From the sequence record PQ671645.1: 64,000 nucleotides of DNA; one strand, written 5' to 3'. Of this stretch, positions 1 to 9,360 are shown piece by piece. The translations under genes and the position numbers were made by a program. Source of the stretch: Escherichia phage DCP548. Below the pieces are notes generated by a model. It was not told where the DNA came from and did no database searches. It saw only the letters and a program-made list of their open reading frames with translations. Each line of letters begins with the position of its first letter. Position 1 is the first letter of the stretch.

Positions 1-1065
1 AAAATGGCCGCACTTATTCTTGGTATTGTTATCGGTATTGATTTATTGATAGTCCATTTCAAATATTGGACAGACAAGTTCACTTCTGCCTGGGATTTAT
101 TTGACGAAAACTTTACTAAATTCTCCGATGAAGCTAAAGAGTGGGGTAAATTCTTAAGTGATATATTCACTTCTATTGACTCGATAAAACAATTGTGGGA
201 AGCTGGAGACTGGGGCGGTTTAACCGTTGCTATTGTCAAAGGTGTAGGAACAGCATTAATGAACTTAGGTGAACTAATTCAATTAGGAATGGCTAAACTC
301 TCTGCGTCTATATTGCGTGCTATAGGTTTTGGCGATACCGCGGACGAAATAGAAGGACGTGCTTTAGAAGGATTCCAAGAAACTACTGGGAACAAATTAA
401 AGAAAGAAGACCAAGAGAAAGTCGCTAAATATCAAATGAAACGTGACGATGGGGAATTAGGAACCGTTTCTAAAGGTCTTGATATGTTACAACGCGGCAA
501 AACATTCGTTACTAACTGGGTTCGTGGTAATGACAATAAAGAAGAGTTTAGTACAAGCGATGAGCGTGCTGCGGAATCAGCAAAATTAAAAGAGTTGCCT
601 GAAGAGGAGCGTAAAGAGGCGTATATAAAAGCTAATGAAACTCGTGCGGCACTGGTTAGATTTGAGGATTATATCGATAAAATCGATATGACTAATCCGG
701 AAAATGCTAAAAACGTCGAGAAGTCTTATGCTGATTTAAGTAAACTTATTAAAGACCCTGAACTTAATAAAACTCCTGTTGTTAAAAAGGAAATAGATGC
801 TAGATTTGAAAAGCTAAATAATAAAATGGCTGAAGCCAAAAAGGCCCAGACAACAGTTAAGCCTGAATCTTCGTCTAAATCTCCAGAAGCAAAACAAGTT
901 CAGTCAATAGAGAAAGGACGTGCTTCTGAATCTAAACAACAGCAACCGGTAGCGGCGATTAGTAACACAAATAATGTCGTCAAAAAGAATACCGTAGTCC
1001 AGAATATGACCCCTGTAACAAGTACAACGGCTCCTGGAATTTTCCATGCCACCGGTGTTAATTAA
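1..1065 (+). CDS. 29: Tail tube length determinator / baseplate hub protein gp29, C-terminal part (5' end lies outside the window)
   Basis: Reading frame is open to the window edge; sits immediately upstream of gp48 and gp54 as in T4; Lys/Glu-rich coiled-coil-like sequence. Positional call. Confidence 0.6.
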   Translation, partial: KMAALILGIVIGIDLLIVHFKYWTDKFTSAWDLFDENFTKFSDEAKEWGKFLSDIFTSIDSIKQLWEAGDWGGLTVAIVKGVGTALMNLGELIQLGMAKLSASILRAIGFGDTADEIEGRALEGFQETTGNKLKKEDQEKVAKYQMKRDDGELGTVSKGLDMLQRGKTFVTNWVRGNDNKEEFSTSDERAAESAKLKELPEEERKEAYIKANETRAALVRFEDYIDKIDMTNPENAKNVEKSYADLSKLIKDPELNKTPVVKKEIDARFEKLNNKMAEAKKAQTTVKPESSSKSPEAKQVQSIEKGRASESKQQQPVAAISNTNNVVKKNTVVQNMTPVTSTTAPGIFHATGVN

Positions 1066-1073
1066 GGATTATT

Positions 1074-2183
1074 ATGATTAGTGTAAAAGAAATAGTAGTA
1101 GATGCAAAGGATTTAAATAAAGCAATCCCAGTCTCAGAAAGTGCCGGGCAAAGCACTAAAACAGAAACAACTACTAAAACTTATGTTGCTCAATTTCCTA
1201 CAGGAAGAGCAGCCGGAAATGACTCCACAGGAGACTTCCAGGTAACAGACCTTTATAAGAATGGATTATTATTTACCGCGTACAATATGTCTGCACGCGA
1301 TTCAGGATCCCTCAGGAATTTACGTCCGGCGTATGCCGGGACTTCATCTAATGGTATCATATCAGATTTAACTGATAATGTGAAAGATGCAGTGACTAAA
1401 TTCTCAAATGGATTGCTTCCTGCCGGAGCTAATAAGTCTACTATAAACAAAACTCCTGTTGCTAATATACTTTTGCCACGTTCCAAATCCGACGTTGATA
1501 CAACTTCGCATCGTTTTAATGATGTCGGTGATAGCCTTATTACTAAAGGTGGAGGTACTGCTACGGGTGTTTTAAGTAACATTGCTTCTACCGCAGTTTT
1601 TGGTGCATTAGATTCTATTACTCAAGGGCTTATGGCTGATAATAACGAGCAGATTTATACGACTTCTCGTAGTATGTATGGTGGTGCTGAGAACCGTACT
1701 AAAGTCTTTACATGGGATTTAACTCCACGTTCAACTGAAGACCTTATGGCTATTATAAACATTTACCAGTATTTTAACTATTTCTCATACGGTGAGACCG
1801 GTAAATCACAGTACGCCCAAGAGATTAAAAGTTATTTAGACGAGTGGTACCGTTCAACGTTTATTGAGCCTATGACACCAGACGATGCAGTAAAAAATAA
1901 GACATTGTTTGAAAAGATTACTGCGTCATTAACAAATGTATTAGTTGTAAGCAACCCTACAATTTGGATGGTTAAAAACTTTGGTTATACATCTAAATTT
2001 GATGGATTAACTGACGTATTTGGCCCATGTCAAATTCAAAGCGTACGTTTTGATAAAACTCCAAATGGACAATTTAATGGTCTTGCTGTTGCTCCTAACT
2101 TACCATCAACATTTACGTTAGAGATAACAATGCGAGAAATTATTACATTAAACCGTTCTTCACTTTATGCGGGGACTTTCTAA
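1074..2183 (+). CDS. 48: Baseplate-tail tube junction protein gp48
   Basis: 369 aa (T4 gp48 about 364 aa); position between 29 and 54; start 9 nt after the gp29 stop. Confidence 0.7.
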   Translation: MISVKEIVVDAKDLNKAIPVSESAGQSTKTETTTKTYVAQFPTGRAAGNDSTGDFQVTDLYKNGLLFTAYNMSARDSGSLRNLRPAYAGTSSNGIISDLTDNVKDAVTKFSNGLLPAGANKSTINKTPVANILLPRSKSDVDTTSHRFNDVGDSLITKGGGTATGVLSNIASTAVFGALDSITQGLMADNNEQIYTTSRSMYGGAENRTKVFTWDLTPRSTEDLMAIINIYQYFNYFSYGETGKSQYAQEIKSYLDEWYRSTFIEPMTPDDAVKNKTLFEKITASLTNVLVVSNPTIWMVKNFGYTSKFDGLTDVFGPCQIQSVRFDKTPNGQFNGLAVAPNLPSTFTLEITMREIITLNRSSLYAGTF

Positions 2184-3145
2184 TGTACTCTTTAGAAGAA
2201 TTTAATAACCAAGCTATAAATGCAGATTTCCAACGAAACAATATGTTTAGTTGTGTATTTGCTACTACACCATCAACCAAATCGTCTTCACTAATTTCGT
2301 CAATTGGTAGTTTTGCTTATAATAACTTAGGGTTGGATTCAGATTGGCTAGGATTGTCTCAAGGTGATATCAATCAGGGCGTAACAACCCTGATTACAGC
2401 AGGAACACAGAAATTAATTCGAAAATCAGGTATAAGTAAATATCTGATTGGAGCAATGAGTCAACGTACGGTACAAAGCTTGTTAGGTGAGTTCACAGTA
2501 GGAGCTTATCTGATAGACTTCTTCAATATGGCATATAATAATACAGGTTTAATGATTTATTCTGTAAAAATGCCTGAGAACCGATTATCGTATGAAACGG
2601 ATTTCAACTATAACTCCCCGAACATCCGAATTACCGGTCGTGAAATGGACCCGTTAGTAATAAGCTTTAGAATGGATTCTGAAGCATCTAACTTTAGAGC
2701 AATGCAAGACTGGGTAAACTCAGTCCAAGACCCTGTAACAGGTCTTCGTGCTTTACCACAAGACGTCGAAGCAGATATTCAGGTTAATTTACATGCACGA
2801 AATGGTTTACCACATACCGCTGTCATGTTCACTGGATGTATTCCTGTTAGTGTCTCTTCTCCTGAGTTAACGTATGATGGTGATAATCAGATAACAGTTT
2901 TTGACGTAACATTTGCTTATCGCGTTATGCAATCAGGTGCTGTAAATAGACAGGCTGCTTTAGAATGGCTGGAATCAGGACTTATTAGTAGTGTTTCAGG
3001 AATGTTTGGAAATAATCAGAATGATTCTGGACTAGGAAGTGCAGTATCAAGACTTTCTAGATTAGGTGGGACTGCTGGTGGTGTGTCTAATATAAACACA
3101 TTGACAGGTGTTGTGAATTCTGCGTCAAGAGTTTTAGGACTATAA
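2183..3145 (+). CDS. 54: Baseplate tail tube initiator gp54
   Basis: 320 aa, same length as T4 gp54; start overlaps the gp48 stop; followed by a hairpin at 3151-3169. Confidence 0.7.
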   Translation: MYSLEEFNNQAINADFQRNNMFSCVFATTPSTKSSSLISSIGSFAYNNLGLDSDWLGLSQGDINQGVTTLITAGTQKLIRKSGISKYLIGAMSQRTVQSLLGEFTVGAYLIDFFNMAYNNTGLMIYSVKMPENRLSYETDFNYNSPNIRITGREMDPLVISFRMDSEASNFRAMQDWVNSVQDPVTGLRALPQDVEADIQVNLHARNGLPHTAVMFTGCIPVSVSSPELTYDGDNQITVFDVTFAYRVMQSGAVNRQAALEWLESGLISSVSGMFGNNQNDSGLGSAVSRLSRLGGTAGGVSNINTLTGVVNSASRVLGL

Positions 3146-3149
3146 GAAA

Positions 3150-3170
3150 AAGGGAGACAACGTCTCCCTT
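3150..3170. terminator. Hairpin between convergent genes 54 (+) and the alt-downstream ORF (-)
   Basis: agggagac / gtctccct stem (3151-3158 / 3162-3169); T-run on the minus strand; placed between two convergent stops. Confidence 0.4.
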
Positions 3171-3177
3171 TAGGGGT

Positions 3178-3471
3178 TTATTTACGGAATGAAAGGAATG
3201 CTGGTGCTCTGAATGGAGTATCATCTTTAGAGTATTTAACTAATACGACCATTGGTACCTCTGTTTCTAAATGACCTGTCACTACACCGACAAAAATTTG
3301 ATCAGTGTGCTCAGGGTCACGAAAGTTTTTAAGAGGTTCCATAGCAATATGGAATGCACCTGGGAATACTCGATTCAATTCATCAATCACAGCTTCGTTA
3401 AAAACATCATCCGCTGGGATAGCATCTTCAACTACTAGTTCTTGACCATTAAAGCGAAGCATAGATTTCAT
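3178..3471 (-). CDS. Hypothetical protein downstream of alt
   Basis: Track ORF 3178..3543 trimmed to the internal Met (MKSMLRF) that has a GAGGA Shine-Dalgarno and avoids overlap with alt. Confidence 0.4.
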   Translation of the reverse strand: MKSMLRFNGQELVVEDAIPADDVFNEAVIDELNRVFPGAFHIAMEPLKNFRDPEHTDQIFVGVVTGHLETEVPMVVLVKYSKDDTPFRAPAFLSFRK

Positions 3472-3529
3472 AACGTTTTCCTCATGTTGTTGATGGGATG
3501 ATAGTATCACACATCCATGTGTTTGTAAA

Positions 3530-5617
3530 CTATCCTTGGACAAATTTAAACGGAACTGATTCTAAATCCATTAAAGATGCTAACAATTTCAAACCTTTAG
3601 GTGCACTAGTTTTTTCTACAAATGAGGCAAAAGATACCGGCTCATCTGATTCGATTTCACCTGTCATAGCAACTACCTCGCCTGTTTCCATGAGAACATC
3701 ACCATCATAAATGACAGCTTCATCTAACTGGTCTGAGGACATGACTTCAGCTTGAATAAATTTAAGGTTGGATTCTAAACCTGCACCAGTATCAGATGAC
3801 GCATCTGTAATTTTATTTATCTGCAAGAGAATGCCTCTAGGCAAAATAATTTCTTGCTCATTAGGGTGATTACTCAACTGTCCTGGATAAATCACGTTAA
3901 CTTTATGGGCGCCATCAATAGCCCATCCAACGTTAACACGGATTTGTTCTGGTGCATGCATAGCTGTTCTTACTTGACTAGGAGAAATAGTAACACCTTC
4001 GTCATTATTATCAATGTTAAGCTCTTTGCGAACTTCTTCAGGAGCAAGTCCAAGGGCAACGTTCTCTTTAAACCCGCCGAAAATAATAGGAGCTAGTGAA
4101 GTGGAAACATAGTTTCTGAAGTAGAATACCTTATTTTTAACCATTGCTTCGTAAATAGGCATTCTGATAGACTGAGCTCTATATAACGTTAGTCCTTCAG
4201 GTAAACGGTCTCCATTTAAAAACGCCGAATCAAGACCATCAATAGCGCGTTTAACTTCATCTTCATCTGCAACATCGTAAAAATCTGGTTTATAACGACC
4301 TAACAACATATTATTGATATCGATATACGCAGAAGAGGCATATTCACGAATAGCTCGTTTTTCAGCAACAGAGTATTGTTTAGGGTCCCGATTCATTGTT
4401 ATATTAAAGGTGCCTCTAGCCGATTCCCGTGCATAAGTATACATCACATTAGACAAGAACGCTGATTTACGTTGTTTCCAAGTTCTTTCAGATACTTCAG
4501 CTAAAACGTCGTCGGGCAGTTGGAAATTATCACGTCTAAAATCTTCAAACCATTCGTCTTTAATAGAGTCTGCAATTTCATTTGCAGCTTCAACAAAAGC
4601 AGCTAATGCTTTAACAGATGTTGTTTTTTCAGTTTTAATTTTCTTAGCAAACTTTTCTAAAGTTGGCTTAATAACACTACCATAAGAAACTTCATCGGCA
4701 AATTTAAAGGATTCATCAATACGATTATAAATCTTATTTTCGATATCAGCAACTAAAGTGCCTTTTGCTGTGGACGATGCTTGGGCTAGTACGATTTCAT
4801 ATGCTTCAGGAAGTAATTCGGCTGTAGCCGGGCCACTAACTTCTTTAGCAGAATTTTCGTATTTCTGGAATAACTCACCTTCTTGACGGTCAGCTTCTAA
4901 AGATTGACTTGCTGCAATAGCACGACGAGAAATTTTGGTGCGAGCAATAACAGGTTTATCTTTACGTTTTTCTTCTACCGCGGCAATAGAACCGGCGATA
5001 GCCGTTTCTTTGGTGACCTTTTCACCGGTCTTTTTACTCACATAAACTTCGCCAACATCAGAATCTACTTTCGTGTACAACTCTGTGTTAATGTTAGGGA
5101 TGCCTTTAATATCCTCAATGTTGGCATTTTTACGAACCATCATCACATAGGTGTGTTTACCTGTGAATTGATACATTGCCGACAATACTTTAAAACGACC
5201 ACCGGTTTTAGTAGAAACTAAACGAGCAAGAAGAGTTTGAAGCTGCTGTCCACGTCCTTTCAATTTCTTGGTAGGGAACCGGAACAGAACTGCATCCATA
5301 CGAAGAGCTTTAACCTGTTCATATACTGTATTGAAAATGGTGTTGATTGCATCAATAGGAGCAGGACCAAGGCCATTTTTCAATTCAGCGAGATTACCCT
5401 TTTCAGACAGACTCATAATAACAACATGAGCGTATTTGTCGCCAAGTTTAACTTGTTTTACAGCATCGCCTTCAGAAAGGTAAGAGAATAAGCGAACTAC
5501 GATGTTTGTATCGATATCACCAATTTTCCAGACTTGTGGAACTTTAGCTTTAGGGTTCAAATTGACGACAGGAAGACTGCCTTCAGATTCAAACACTTCA
5601 TTTAATTGTTCAGACAT
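3530..5617 (-). CDS. alt: Alt ADP-ribosyltransferase (virion-packaged; modifies host RNA polymerase)
   Basis: 695 aa (T4 Alt about 682 aa); directly downstream of DNA ligase as in T4; C-terminal region carries YRAQ and Ser-rich ART-like motifs; TATAAAT-like late promoter upstream. Confidence 0.8.
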   Translation of the reverse strand: MSEQLNEVFESEGSLPVVNLNPKAKVPQVWKIGDIDTNIVVRLFSYLSEGDAVKQVKLGDKYAHVVIMSLSEKGNLAELKNGLGPAPIDAINTIFNTVYEQVKALRMDAVLFRFPTKKLKGRGQQLQTLLARLVSTKTGGRFKVLSAMYQFTGKHTYVMMVRKNANIEDIKGIPNINTELYTKVDSDVGEVYVSKKTGEKVTKETAIAGSIAAVEEKRKDKPVIARTKISRRAIAASQSLEADRQEGELFQKYENSAKEVSGPATAELLPEAYEIVLAQASSTAKGTLVADIENKIYNRIDESFKFADEVSYGSVIKPTLEKFAKKIKTEKTTSVKALAAFVEAANEIADSIKDEWFEDFRRDNFQLPDDVLAEVSERTWKQRKSAFLSNVMYTYARESARGTFNITMNRDPKQYSVAEKRAIREYASSAYIDINNMLLGRYKPDFYDVADEDEVKRAIDGLDSAFLNGDRLPEGLTLYRAQSIRMPIYEAMVKNKVFYFRNYVSTSLAPIIFGGFKENVALGLAPEEVRKELNIDNNDEGVTISPSQVRTAMHAPEQIRVNVGWAIDGAHKVNVIYPGQLSNHPNEQEIILPRGILLQINKITDASSDTGAGLESNLKFIQAEVMSSDQLDEAVIYDGDVLMETGEVVAMTGEIESDEPVSFASFVEKTSAPKGLKLLASLMDLESVPFKFVQG

Positions 5618-5636
5618 AGTGTTTTCCTTTTAGTAA

Positions 5637-5644
5637 TAATTTAT
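5637..5644 (-). promoter_or_regulatory. Probable late promoter (TATAAATT, 7/8 of TATAAATA) for alt
   Basis: Plus-strand aatttata reads TATAAATT on the minus strand, about 20 nt upstream of the alt ATG (5617). Confidence 0.4.
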
Positions 5645-5653
5645 ATTTATGCC

Positions 5654-5673
5654 AAAAAGAGCCCGAAGGCTCT
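5654..5673 (-). terminator. Intrinsic terminator-like hairpin (UUCG loop on the transcript)
   Basis: agagcc-cgaa-ggctct with aaaa on the plus side (U-run on the minus transcript), just upstream of alt. Confidence 0.45.
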
Positions 5674-5882
5674 TAATCCACAATCGGGAGCAAAGTACGA
5701 TAAACTTCAAAATTAGGGCCTTTTTCGTACCCATTAACGTTATCTACGAAAACCCGATACGAATTTTCATTAGGAAAATCTAATATAATCTGAGAGCAAG
5801 AGGTGGAAACATCTCCACCATCCTTCTTAGCTACAATAACTGTTTCTAAATAAGCTTTCATTATAAACCTGTCTGGGACCAC
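5673..5882 (-). CDS. Hypothetical small protein
   Basis: 69-aa ORF between ligase and alt; start overlaps the ligase stop. Confidence 0.4.
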   Translation of the reverse strand: MVPDRFIMKAYLETVIVAKKDGGDVSTSCSQIILDFPNENSYRVFVDNVNGYEKGPNFEVYRTLLPIVD

Positions 5883-7354
5883 GGTCCAAATACGTCTTCA
5901 AACGAATCCGCTTCTGTTTTATCAAAACGGAACCCTTTAATAATTGGAAGGAAAATACCTACAGTGCCTTCACGTCCTTTAGAATGAACCCAACCATTGC
6001 ATTCACAATCAGCAATACGTCCAATCAATTTACCTTCACGAGCTTCGGTCATTAATCGTTCACGGTCCAAATCATGACGCTCATCTAAAGGAATAAGAAC
6101 CTTTACACCATCAACTGTTTTATGAGTTGTATCTTTAAACCCTGAACCACAATCGGTTGTAATACGACGACAACGTGATACGAGTTCGACACCACCTAAT
6201 TTGTTAGGGTCTTTAGAGTGTTCATAGTATCCTACAACTTCTAAAGCGATATCAATAACTTCTTTAAATTTAATTAGGTTCTTAGAGCGTTTGTTTTCCC
6301 AGTATGAATCACGGTTTTTAAGGATAATACCTTCAAGACCTTGGTCAACATATTTTTTATAAACCACTTTAGCTTCGTCAAGATTACGAACTAACTGATT
6401 TTCAATTGGCTCAATTCGCTTAAAGCCTTCAGCCATATTTTCAAGAGCAGCAAAACGAACATCGTATTTCTGGCCTTTAATTTTGCCATCAGAATAGACT
6501 TCATCTAAAGGAACATAGTCCCAGGCTTGAAGAACCATACCTTCCGCTTCTTTAGGAGAAATAGTCCCTTGAAGAGATTTATTTGCTAAACCATTTGAAG
6601 TGCTACGGTCTGCAACTTGTACTTCTTCGGATTCTTCATTATCACCAAATAAGAACGACAGGTCATTTCCTGAGCTCACAGCCTTTTTAATATCAAATGA
6701 ATGATAAACTAATTCACCGTCGATTAAAACCCCATTAGGGTGTCTTTCACGAGCTTCTTTAGTCATTTCCATTAGTTCATCCGCTAATAGAGTAAGACCA
6801 TGGTATTCGTTACCGGCACGAGAAAAGAATTGAACACCATCATCGCGAACTTCAGCGAAACAACGAGCACCGTCTGCTTTTAATTGGGCAAATGCTGGCC
6901 ATTTAATATTTTTAGTAATCAATTTCTCATCATATGCAGATGCTAACATCTGTGGTTGCAATTGAATAAGTCCAGGCCACACCTTATTCGCGATAGACAC
7001 TGAAGCACCTACTTCAAGGTCTCGCATCATTACACGACGAAGGACTTCTACATCATCAGGTTTACCGTCAGCGATATAACCCATGAGCTCTTTAATTGCA
7101 GCATTACCAGTGAGTTTACGAGTGGCTAATGTGAACTCAATAAAATCCAACATGTCATCTAATTCAAGAAGACCATACGCTTGAGACCTTTCACCTGGTC
7201 CTGGCCATTTCTTAATATAATACTGGATACCACGTGCATATGTTAAACGATACACACGTTCAAGTAATTTGTTGTCCTTATTTTTCTTAAGGATTTCTTG
7301 TTTTGTTTTAGTAGAACCGATCGCAGCTATTTGGTTTAAAATATCTAAAATCAT
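5861..7354 (-). CDS. 30: ATP-dependent DNA ligase gp30
   Basis: 497 aa; N-terminus MILDILNQIAAIGSTKTKQEI and C-terminal FEDVFG motif closely match T4 DNA ligase (487 aa). Confidence 0.95.
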   Translation of the reverse strand: MILDILNQIAAIGSTKTKQEILKKNKDNKLLERVYRLTYARGIQYYIKKWPGPGERSQAYGLLELDDMLDFIEFTLATRKLTGNAAIKELMGYIADGKPDDVEVLRRVMMRDLEVGASVSIANKVWPGLIQLQPQMLASAYDEKLITKNIKWPAFAQLKADGARCFAEVRDDGVQFFSRAGNEYHGLTLLADELMEMTKEARERHPNGVLIDGELVYHSFDIKKAVSSGNDLSFLFGDNEESEEVQVADRSTSNGLANKSLQGTISPKEAEGMVLQAWDYVPLDEVYSDGKIKGQKYDVRFAALENMAEGFKRIEPIENQLVRNLDEAKVVYKKYVDQGLEGIILKNRDSYWENKRSKNLIKFKEVIDIALEVVGYYEHSKDPNKLGGVELVSRCRRITTDCGSGFKDTTHKTVDGVKVLIPLDERHDLDRERLMTEAREGKLIGRIADCECNGWVHSKGREGTVGIFLPIIKGFRFDKTEADSFEDVFGPWSQTGL

Positions 7355-7620
7355 TTGATGTCCTCGATTTTGGTTACGGTTCTATTATAAGCCACTTCAT
7401 CTAGAAGCGATTTCAGCGTTTTCTGATAAGTGGTAATCCATTTACCGAGTCCTTCAACATAGTATTCTGAAATGTAGATGAACCCTTGTTCAACACACTC
7501 TTTAAATATTTCTGCGTCTTTTACTGAACGAAACAATGGCCAGTCTCGAAAGAACATGTTAACGTGACCGTAGTCACGTGTGGTGTTTTTGCCATCTGTA
7601 ATATCATGAACTACAAACAT
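7351..7620 (-). CDS. Hypothetical protein (30.1 position)
   Basis: 89-aa ORF immediately downstream of ligase with overlapping start/stop. Confidence 0.5.
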   Translation of the reverse strand: MFVVHDITDGKNTTRDYGHVNMFFRDWPLFRSVKDAEIFKECVEQGFIYISEYYVEGLGKWITTYQKTLKSLLDEVAYNRTVTKIEDIK

Positions 7621-7622
7621 AA

Positions 7623-8459
7623 TTAACCCTTAGTTGTGCCGTAACCTTGTGGAACTGCCCAATACGGAGGAACAGGATGTTCGCCTACATTAGTGTATCG
7701 CCAATGAGGCAGCATATCGGTTGGTCCTGGAGTTCGCCAGGTGTACGGATTCGACGGAGCGCCAATTTGATTAGGCCATGCACCTGGACTTGTTGCACCA
7801 GATTCTTTAAGCAAATCCGCCAATCGTTTTAAAAGGTCTTCACGATCTGAATCTGAATTATGCTCGGGTGAAACCAAACGAGATTCAATATCATCCCACG
7901 TGTGTACACGTTGTGCAGTGCGAGGAATATCATCACGTTCACCACGAGCCAACCAATAAATCGGTACATTAAGAATTTCTGCCGCATGGTCACAGTGATG
8001 AGCTAAATCGTCAACGTAACAAATCACGTTATATTTTGTTTTAGCTAGTTCAAATAATTGTTCCTTTGACGAATCATGACCACACATCATTACTTCAGAA
8101 AAAGCGCCTGGGAACAAAGCATTCAAATTAAATTGTCTATTCAATCGAGCATCAATTGAATCACCTAGCGCCGTCACGGCTACAAAATTATAGTCTTCTT
8201 TTAGTTTATTGATAACTCGAAGAGCATCCGAATAAGGCGCTAAGTAACGAATAAAATCAGAGCGATTATATTTTTCTATTAATTGTTTACCGAGGTTATC
8301 ATCGGTATTGAATAGTTTACCAGGAGAAATAAATTTTTCGTCCTGAATCATTTTTAAAATATGTTCTAATGGAAGATTATATTTTTGGGCAAAATAAGGA
8401 AGTCCAGATTGCCAGCTTAAACATACACCATCAATGTCAGTCAAAATAGTAGGCTTCAT
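7623..8459 (-). CDS. HAD-superfamily-like hydrolase with Pro/aromatic-rich C-terminal tail (30.2 position)
   Basis: N-terminal TILTDIDGV matches HAD motif I (DxDG[TV]); later ICYVDDLAHH resembles motif IV; last about 55 aa are low-complexity P/W/Y/G rich. Confidence 0.5.
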   Translation of the reverse strand: MKPTILTDIDGVCLSWQSGLPYFAQKYNLPLEHILKMIQDEKFISPGKLFNTDDNLGKQLIEKYNRSDFIRYLAPYSDALRVINKLKEDYNFVAVTALGDSIDARLNRQFNLNALFPGAFSEVMMCGHDSSKEQLFELAKTKYNVICYVDDLAHHCDHAAEILNVPIYWLARGERDDIPRTAQRVHTWDDIESRLVSPEHNSDSDREDLLKRLADLLKESGATSPGAWPNQIGAPSNPYTWRTPGPTDMLPHWRYTNVGEHPVPPYWAVPQGYGTTKG

Positions 8460-8923
8460 AAAGAGTCTCTTAATAGGTTTAACACATCAATAAATTCAGC
8501 TTCAGTTAATATTGTATCATCTTTTGTTAGGTGGCTGGCCATGCTGTGCTTCAAAATTTTTCCTTTAGAGGCTTGTAAGGCATCGCGAAACCCCTTGTTT
8601 TGGATCGCTGCTTCAAAATATGCATTTGTATATAATTCTTTCCATGCTTCAGAGTATCTTGAAAATGGAACTCCTAACCAGAAGAGAGTCCCATGGTCCT
8701 GAGCTCTTGCATAAGACCTTCCAGCTTGCTGTGCGGCCAGTCCTGACAGCCTAAATATACGTCTTTGTTGTTCAACATTTTTCACCTTACATCCTTGGAG
8801 AAATCCTTCAAGACCTCCGAATTGAATACCATCCATAACGAAAGGCCACTGGGCAAAATTACTTAATGCACATGATGGCCATCTAAAATTGCTTCTAATC
8901 TCTAACTCAGACATCTTTAACAC
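8456..8923 (-). CDS. YbiA/NADAR-like (DUF1768) protein (30.3 position)
   Basis: LSNFAQWPF...DGIQFGGLEGFLQGCK resembles the FSNFAAWP...EHYFQAQK core of E. coli YbiA; second conserved block AYFEAAIQNKGFRDAL. Confidence 0.45.
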   Translation of the reverse strand: MLKMSELEIRSNFRWPSCALSNFAQWPFVMDGIQFGGLEGFLQGCKVKNVEQQRRIFRLSGLAAQQAGRSYARAQDHGTLFWLGVPFSRYSEAWKELYTNAYFEAAIQNKGFRDALQASKGKILKHSMASHLTKDDTILTEAEFIDVLNLLRDSL

Positions 8924-9119
8924 TTATAATTTCAACATCAGCCCAATGACCATAAGCCGGTAGACGGTCTTTGATAGATAATCCACCGTCATATTTCAGC
9001 ATTTTAATTGTTTTAGTATATGGTTCAACTTTTCGGACCCATGGGCTTACATCAGTCACACGATACGTAACTTCAACCATTTCTGTACCTAACAATTTCT
9101 GGATTAATTTATTCAACAT
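8907..9119 (-). CDS. Hypothetical small protein
   Basis: 70-aa ORF in the 30.x block, overlapping neighbours by a few nt. Confidence 0.4.
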   Translation of the reverse strand: MLNKLIQKLLGTEMVEVTYRVTDVSPWVRKVEPYTKTIKMLKYDGGLSIKDRLPAYGHWADVEIISVKDV

Positions 9120-9306
9120 GTTTCAACCCTTTAATAGGAGATAACTCTTTACCCATACGTATGTCAGAAGTCCAATCAACCCATTGAACAGCATACGCTT
9201 CATTGATAATTCCAGCGGCGGTTTTAAATTCAGGGAGAACTTTAAAAATCACCCCAGGAATTCCAACACCTTTTAATTGGACTGTTTGTGCTATTAAAAA
9301 TTTCAT
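9109..9306 (-). CDS. Hypothetical small protein
   Basis: 65-aa ORF preceded by an early-promoter-like cassette at 9331-9361. Confidence 0.4.
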   Translation of the reverse strand: MKFLIAQTVQLKGVGIPGVIFKVLPEFKTAAGIINEAYAVQWVDWTSDIRMGKELSPIKGLKHVE

Positions 9307-9360
9307 ATTTTTCCACTTACTAAAGAAATCATTATACTCTAATCCGTCCTTGGATGTAAA

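Noticed and set aside
1253-1582. Minus-strand 109-aa ORF inside gene 48, and similar antisense ORFs inside large genes (e.g. 3854-4096, 4904-5221, 5237-5491, 18522-19046, 19745-20113, 26364-26843, 28682-29026, 48083-48460, 51123-51431, 57278-57625)
   Set aside because: They lie entirely within well-supported genes on the opposite strand, lack Shine-Dalgarno sequences and have no homology; typical antisense shadow ORFs.
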